Source: Candidatus Eiseniibacteriota bacterium (GTDB lineage Bacteria > Eisenbacteria > RBG-16-71-46 > JABDJR01 > JAWXBZ01). From it: a stretch of DNA of 23,038 nucleotides. Both the position numbers and the translations under genes were made by a program. Below the pieces are notes generated by a model. It was not told the origin of the DNA. It did not search any database and saw only the letters and a list, made by a program, of their open reading frames with translations. Positions 17,908 through 23,038 of this stretch are shown one piece after another. Where the stretch lies: assembly GCA_034440375.1 (NCBI GenBank), contig JAWXBZ010000117.1, positions 1 through 23,038 of the forward strand, written 5' to 3'. Every line of letters starts with the position of its first letter. Positions within the stretch are counted from its first letter, which is position 1.

Positions 17908-18214
17908 CGCGCTTGTCGGCGAGCCGGCTTCGGGCATGGTCCACCAAAATCCGGCGCATGGCCTGAGCGGCGATACCCAGAAAGTGCGACCGGCTCTGCC
18001 ACGTCACCCGCCGCTGGTCAATCAGGCGGACATACGCTTCGTGAATGAGAGCGGTTGTCTGGAGGGTATGGTCGGTGCGCTCATGCCGCATGCGGTTCCG
18101 GGCCAGCAGACGGAGCTCCTCGTAAATAACCGGCAAGAGCCGATTCAGGGCGTCGTTGTCTCCATGGCAGTAGTTCAAGAAGACGCCGGTCGTTTCGTCC
18201 ATGTCGAGGGGCAC
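17908..18214 (-). pseudogene. Truncated ECF sigma factor (TIGR02999/ECF43-like), sigma2 only
   Basis: ALNRLLPVIYEELRLLA...HTLQTTALIHEAYVRL...AMRRILVDHARSRLADKR, after which homology ends and there is no sigma4. The likely start is GTG at 18214 after GGAG (alternative ATG 18202). Confidence 0.88.
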
Positions 18215-18398
18215 GTCAGCTCCGATGGTGCTTGCATCTACCAAATCCCTAACTTCAATCCAGACAACAGGTAATGGGATCCTAACAAAAACAGTTGATC
18301 CGCATTGTCCGCAATTTACGCGCTCATAGCAGGGACTCCCTCCGGATTCTGTAGGCGGGCTGCCGCCACCATTGACCCCTTATCAAGGAGCCAGCCTG

Positions 18399-21300
18399 AT
18401 GAAGCGTCTGTCCCCATGGTCACTCAAGGCCTGCCTTGGCATGCTCGTCCTCGCCGGGATCAGCTTCGCATCCATCTTCCTCGCGACAGTCGGACCCGAC
18501 GACGAAGGGCGTGACGAAGGTGATCGGCCCGACAACCCCGGAGGGCTGATGCGCGAGCGCTGGGAGATGATGACGGCCGGTGACACGACCGTCACCGCAC
18601 AGGCCTTCATCGTCGCCAAGAATCAGCTCGTCGCAATGGCTGCCGCGGCGGCGGAACAATCCGGCGGAATCGGCCCGCTGGATGCCGGCCTGGCAACTTG
18701 GGAGTGGCTCGGCCCACAGAACATCGGAGGGCGGACGCGTGCCATCTTGTTCGACCCGAACGACTCGAATCACCTGTGGGCCGGCAGTGCAACGGGTGGC
18801 ATTTCGACATCTTCAGACGGCGGATTGACGTGGTCGCTCATCGATGACTTCCTGCCATCGCTCTCCGTCCCCTGCCTCGCCATCGATCCCACCACCGGCT
18901 TCCTGTTTGCGGGAACCGGCGAGTTCGCGGTGTCCCTCACAGCGACGGGAGGGGGATTCATGGGGGCGGGGATCTTCCGGAGCACGGACGGCGGAGCAAC
19001 GTGGAACCAGCTCGCCACGACGGCCAGCTACACGCAGGTCAGCCGAATCGCCGTGGTTCCCGCCGATGGATTCATCTTCGCCGCGACCGGGAGCGGCCTC
19101 ATTCGATCGTCGGATTCGGGGCTGACCTGGCCAAAGGTGCTGAACAACTCGAGCCTTCGCGATGTGAAGGCGACGCCCACGAGCCACCTGGTGCTCGTGG
19201 GCGGGTGGGGTGGCGCGTTTCGCTCGACGAACAGCGGCGCGACATGGGACACGTTGACGACGGGCGCAACGGGCTTGCTGCCGGTCACACCCGGTCCACT
19301 CGAAGGTCGAATCGAATTCGCCATCGCCTCCGACCAGCTGACCTGCTACGCATCGATCGATCGAAACGGTGGCGAGGTCTGGCGCTCGCTCGACGCGGGC
19401 GCCACCTGGCAACTGCGTCGCACCGGAGACCAGTACTTGAGGGACCAAGGCTGGTACGACAATGTTATCTGGGTCGACCCCACCAACGCCAACACGGTGG
19501 TGATAGGTGGCGTCGATACGTGGCGCAGCACCAATGGCGGGTCGAGCTTTTTACCTCTCAGTGACTGGCAGCAGTACCCGCCCAACAGCGCCCATGCCGA
19601 TCATCACGCCATCGTGAGTCCCCCGAACTACGATGGCGCGACGCGCCGTTCGGTGTACTTCGGCAACGACGGTGGCATTCAGCGCAAGGACGACATCCTC
19701 GCCGGGCCGAACGACTGGACGGACCTGTCCAACGGCCTCAAATCGTCGCAGTTCTACAAGGGCGCCGTCCAGAGGATCGGTACGGAGGTCATGGGCGGGT
19801 TGCAGGACAACGGAACCTGGCGCTACTCGGGCAACATCAACTGGAACCGTCAATGGGGAGGTGACGGCAGCTACTGTTCGTACGACGCCAGCGAAAGCAA
19901 CTTGTACTGGCAAACCCAGAATATGCAAATTTATAAGGAGTTATTCTCATTTCCCCTGCCGTCCATGAATGGGCTGACCGATGCGGGCAACACGTGCAAG
20001 ACGATGTTCATCGCCCCGCTCAAAGCAGACCCGGTTATCGCGGGACGCGTGTTTGCCGGCGGATCGAGCATCTGGCTCACGACCGACTACGCCGAGCATT
20101 GGAGCTCGATCCGGGGTCTGGTCAATCCCACGGATGATGGGCCGCCGTGCGGGACGGTGGGTGCGCTCTGCTCGGCCATCGAGCTGGTGGCGACGAATTC
20201 CTCGCTCGTGTGGGTGGGCTACAACGACGGCACGGTGTCACGTTCCACGGACGGCGGCACGACCTGGACCGACGTCGACGCCGGCTCCACGCCGCTGCCG
20301 GACCGGTTCGTCACCGACATCGCGATCAACGCGGCGAACACTTCGGAGGTCTACGTCACGTTTGGCGGATTCAGCTCGAACAACGTGTGGTTCACCTCGA
20401 ACGCCGGCACCACGTGGACCAACCGGTCGGGGAGCGGATCAACGGCCCTTCCAACGGCACCCGTTGAAACCATCACGGTCCACCCATCGAATTCCGCCTG
20501 GATCTATGCCGGCACTGCGGTCGGCGTGCTCGCGTCCGAGGATCGCGGACTGACGTGGGGCGTCACGCGACGTTACCCGCAGTCGGAGGGGCCCGCGTAT
20601 ACACAGGTCTCCGACCTGATCTGGCAGGGCAACAAGCTCATCGCCTTCACCTATGGCCGGGGCGTCTGGCGATCCGGACCGATCGCTGGAACCTCATCGG
20701 CTCCCTCGTTCTCGAAGCTCAGCACGTCGTTCACGGGAGTGAATGCCGGATCGTGCGATTGGGGTGACTACGACAACGACGGCGATCTCGACGTCCTCTG
20801 GACGGGAAGACCAACGTCGCCAGACAACGCTGGCCCCGGCGTACCGATTACGCGCATCGGCCGCAACGACGGCGGCATGAACTTCGCGGTGCTGAACGCC
20901 TTCATTCCGGGCGTCGTGGATGGCGCCGCACGCTGGGGCGACTACGACCGCGACGGCGATCTCGATATCGTCATTACCGGAACGCTCTCGTCGGGAGTTC
21001 CGATCGCTCGACTCTACCGGAACAATGGTGGCGGAAGTTTCAGCATCGTGAGTGCCTCGCTGGAACCGGTGTACGCGTCCGACGAAGCCTGGGGGGATTT
21101 CGACAACGACGGCGATCTCGACCTGGTGATCAGTGGCCATACCGGGGCGACCTCCACCAATGGGGGCAGCACGTATCTCTATCGAAACGTCGATGGAATC
21201 CTCTCGAATATCGGGGGAACCCTCAACACCCTCTGGCATTCGTCGGTTGCCTGGGGGGACTTCGACAACGACGGCGACCTCGACCTGCTCGTCGCCGGCC

Positions 21301-23038
21301 GGCTCGATGGCACGTCCGATCCCGGGACGCTGCTCTACCGCAACGACGGCGGGACTCTCACGAACATCACGTTTGGGCTTGGACTGCCAAACGTCGACGA
21401 ATCCGCCCAGTGGGGCGACTACGACCAGGACGGTGATCTGGACATGCTGCTGCTCGGCGTCAACGGGCTGTTCGTCCACCGGAACAACGGCAACGGAACG
21501 TTCACGACCGCGGCGACTCTCGCGGGCCAGGTGGACGGGGCGGCGGCCTGGGGGGACTTCGACAGCGACGGCGATCAGGACATCGCCGTGAGCGGGAAGG
21601 ACGGCATCTCCAACGCGACCCGCCTCTACCGCAACAACAGCGGAACCTTCGTGGAAATGGGAGCGCATTGGAACGGTGCCCGGAAGTCGGCGCTCGCATG
21701 GGGCGACTGCGACAACGACGGCGACCTCGATCTGTCCCTCAGCGGCTGGGCCAACGTCGCCAGCGTCGCGCAGATCTATCGCAACGACTCGGCCATCGCG
21801 AACTCCGCGCCCTCGGCGCCGGGCGGTCTCTCGGTGACGACCGGCGCCTGCGGACCGGGCGGAGTACCGGTGACGTTCAGCTGGACGGCGGCCTACGACG
21901 ACCATACGTCCGAGCTCGGCTACAACCTTCGAGTCGGCACGTCACCGGGAGCCGGCAATGTCGTTCCGGCGATGTCGAGCTCATCCACCGGTTTTCGCCA
22001 CGTCGCGGCACTGGGCAACGCCCAAATGCGCCGATCGTGGACGCTGACGCTGCCGGTCGGAATTTACTACTGGAGCGTGCAGGCCATCGATGGTTCGTAC
22101 AAGGCATCGGCGTTCGCGTCCGAGGCGACCGCGACGATCTCCGCCACCTTCACCAATGCGGCCGTCGCGCTGCAGCCCATCGACAACGCCGCCTGCTGGG
22201 GCGACTTCGACGGCGACGACGACCTGGACCTGCTGCTCACGGGCAGCGAGTCGTCGACAGTCTATCGGAACGATGGTGGTCCCTTTACCGCCCTGTCGGC
22301 GGGCCTTCCCGGCGTGGACTACTCGGCCGCGGCCTGGGGTGACTACGACAACGACGGCGATCTCGACTTCGTTCTCGCCGGTTGCAACGGAGGCGGGTAT
22401 ATCACGCTGATCTATCGAAATGACAGCGGCGCGTTCGTCGACATCGGCGCGGGACTCACGGGCGTCTGTGGCGCGTTGCTGGCCTGGGGGGATTGCGACA
22501 ACGACGGCGACCTCGATCTGCTGGTTGCGGGAGCGACAGGCAGCGACATCGTCTCGCTGGTGTATGCCAACAACGGCGGATTCTTCTCGGACATCGGCGC
22601 CAGCCTCGCCGGCGTCTATTTCGGCTCAGCCGCCTGGGCGGACTACGACAACGACGGCGACCGGGATCTTCTGCTAACGGGTCTCGACGGTGTTTCCGCT
22701 CCGCATACGGACTTGTACCGGAATGGGGGCAACGGTGACCTCGTGCTGGTGCCGATCGGGCTGCCTCCCGTGTACCTTGGAACCGTCGCGTGGGACGACT
22801 ACGACAACGACGGCGACCTCGACCTTCTGCTCACCGGCAGCACGGGGGGGTCGCCGGATCAGATCGCCAGAGTCTATCGGAACAACGGCACGGGAGTGCT
22901 GACCGACATCGCGGCCGGGCTTCCCGGGGTGCAGCAGGGATCCGGAAACTGGGGAGACGTCAACAACGACGGCCGACTTGACGTGCTCCTGACGGGATAC
23001 AATCCGACGATCGGACTGCTGTCGAGGCTGTATCTAGG
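18399..23038 (+). CDS. Very large secreted protein, partial at window end: BNR/Asp-box propellers + 7 FG-GAP/VCBS repeats + FN3-like domain + at least 6 further FG-GAP repeats
   Basis: AAGGAG RBS and ATG at 18399 give MKRLSPWSLKACLGMLVLAGISFASIFLA, then WEWLGPQNIGGRTRAI and S.DGG.TW boxes. WGD(Y/F)DNDGDLD repeats run from 20760. An NSAPSAP...FSW...YNLRVGT...YYWSVQAID domain lies at about 21800-22130. The frame is the same at the start, 20760 and 22980, and no stop was seen, which explains its absence from the ORF track. Confidence 0.9.
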   Translation, partial: MKRLSPWSLKACLGMLVLAGISFASIFLATVGPDDEGRDEGDRPDNPGGLMRERWEMMTAGDTTVTAQAFIVAKNQLVAMAAAAAEQSGGIGPLDAGLATWEWLGPQNIGGRTRAILFDPNDSNHLWAGSATGGISTSSDGGLTWSLIDDFLPSLSVPCLAIDPTTGFLFAGTGEFAVSLTATGGGFMGAGIFRSTDGGATWNQLATTASYTQVSRIAVVPADGFIFAATGSGLIRSSDSGLTWPKVLNNSSLRDVKATPTSHLVLVGGWGGAFRSTNSGATWDTLTTGATGLLPVTPGPLEGRIEFAIASDQLTCYASIDRNGGEVWRSLDAGATWQLRRTGDQYLRDQGWYDNVIWVDPTNANTVVIGGVDTWRSTNGGSSFLPLSDWQQYPPNSAHADHHAIVSPPNYDGATRRSVYFGNDGGIQRKDDILAGPNDWTDLSNGLKSSQFYKGAVQRIGTEVMGGLQDNGTWRYSGNINWNRQWGGDGSYCSYDASESNLYWQTQNMQIYKELFSFPLPSMNGLTDAGNTCKTMFIAPLKADPVIAGRVFAGGSSIWLTTDYAEHWSSIRGLVNPTDDGPPCGTVGALCSAIELVATNSSLVWVGYNDGTVSRSTDGGTTWTDVDAGSTPLPDRFVTDIAINAANTSEVYVTFGGFSSNNVWFTSNAGTTWTNRSGSGSTALPTAPVETITVHPSNSAWIYAGTAVGVLASEDRGLTWGVTRRYPQSEGPAYTQVSDLIWQGNKLIAFTYGRGVWRSGPIAGTSSAPSFSKLSTSFTGVNAGSCDWGDYDNDGDLDVLWTGRPTSPDNAGPGVPITRIGRNDGGMNFAVLNAFIPGVVDGAARWGDYDRDGDLDIVITGTLSSGVPIARLYRNNGGGSFSIVSASLEPVYASDEAWGDFDNDGDLDLVISGHTGATSTNGGSTYLYRNVDGILSNIGGTLNTLWHSSVAWGDFDNDGDLDLLVAGRLDGTSDPGTLLYRNDGGTLTNITFGLGLPNVDESAQWGDYDQDGDLDMLLLGVNGLFVHRNNGNGTFTTAATLAGQVDGAAAWGDFDSDGDQDIAVSGKDGISNATRLYRNNSGTFVEMGAHWNGARKSALAWGDCDNDGDLDLSLSGWANVASVAQIYRNDSAIANSAPSAPGGLSVTTGACGPGGVPVTFSWTAAYDDHTSELGYNLRVGTSPGAGNVVPAMSSSSTGFRHVAALGNAQMRRSWTLTLPVGIYYWSVQAIDGSYKASAFASEATATISATFTNAAVALQPIDNAACWGDFDGDDDLDLLLTGSESSTVYRNDGGPFTALSAGLPGVDYSAAAWGDYDNDGDLDFVLAGCNGGGYITLIYRNDSGAFVDIGAGLTGVCGALLAWGDCDNDGDLDLLVAGATGSDIVSLVYANNGGFFSDIGASLAGVYFGSAAWADYDNDGDRDLLLTGLDGVSAPHTDLYRNGGNGDLVLVPIGLPPVYLGTVAWDDYDNDGDLDLLLTGSTGGSPDQIARVYRNNGTGVLTDIAAGLPGVQQGSGNWGDVNNDGRLDVLLTGYNPTIGLLSRLYL

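Noticed and set aside
20760..22990. Regularly spaced GACAACGACGGCGA(T/C)CTCGA repeats resembling a CRISPR array
   Set aside because: They are in-frame, degenerate FG-GAP codons with about 140-175 bp spacing, and no cas genes are present.

Overview
GC-rich bacterial accessory region. The FlgD-Ig/T9SS-like C-terminal tags suggest an FCB-related lineage such as Eisenbacteria/Krumholzibacteriota (inference only). It holds two copies of one layout: a kinase-associated ECF sigma factor (TIGR02999/ECF43-like) transcribed divergently from a very large secreted protein. The first copy is intact: sigma -> Ser/Thr kinase-TM-WD40 -> NHL gene cut by an IS. In the second, the sigma is truncated and joined to an inverted kinase fragment. 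Between them lie secreted or lipoprotein genes with Ig, carboxypeptidase-regulatory-like, PKD, beta-helix/Gly-rich and BNR/VPS10 domains. These are punctuated by one complete IS (18-bp IRs, GAAC target duplication), two orphan co-oriented copies of its left end, a pair of 70-bp IS-end-like repeats and a probable serine-recombinase relic. A BNR + FG-GAP + FN3 ORF of more than 1500 aa (18399 to window end) is absent from the supplied ORF track. No rRNA, tRNA or CRISPR array was seen.
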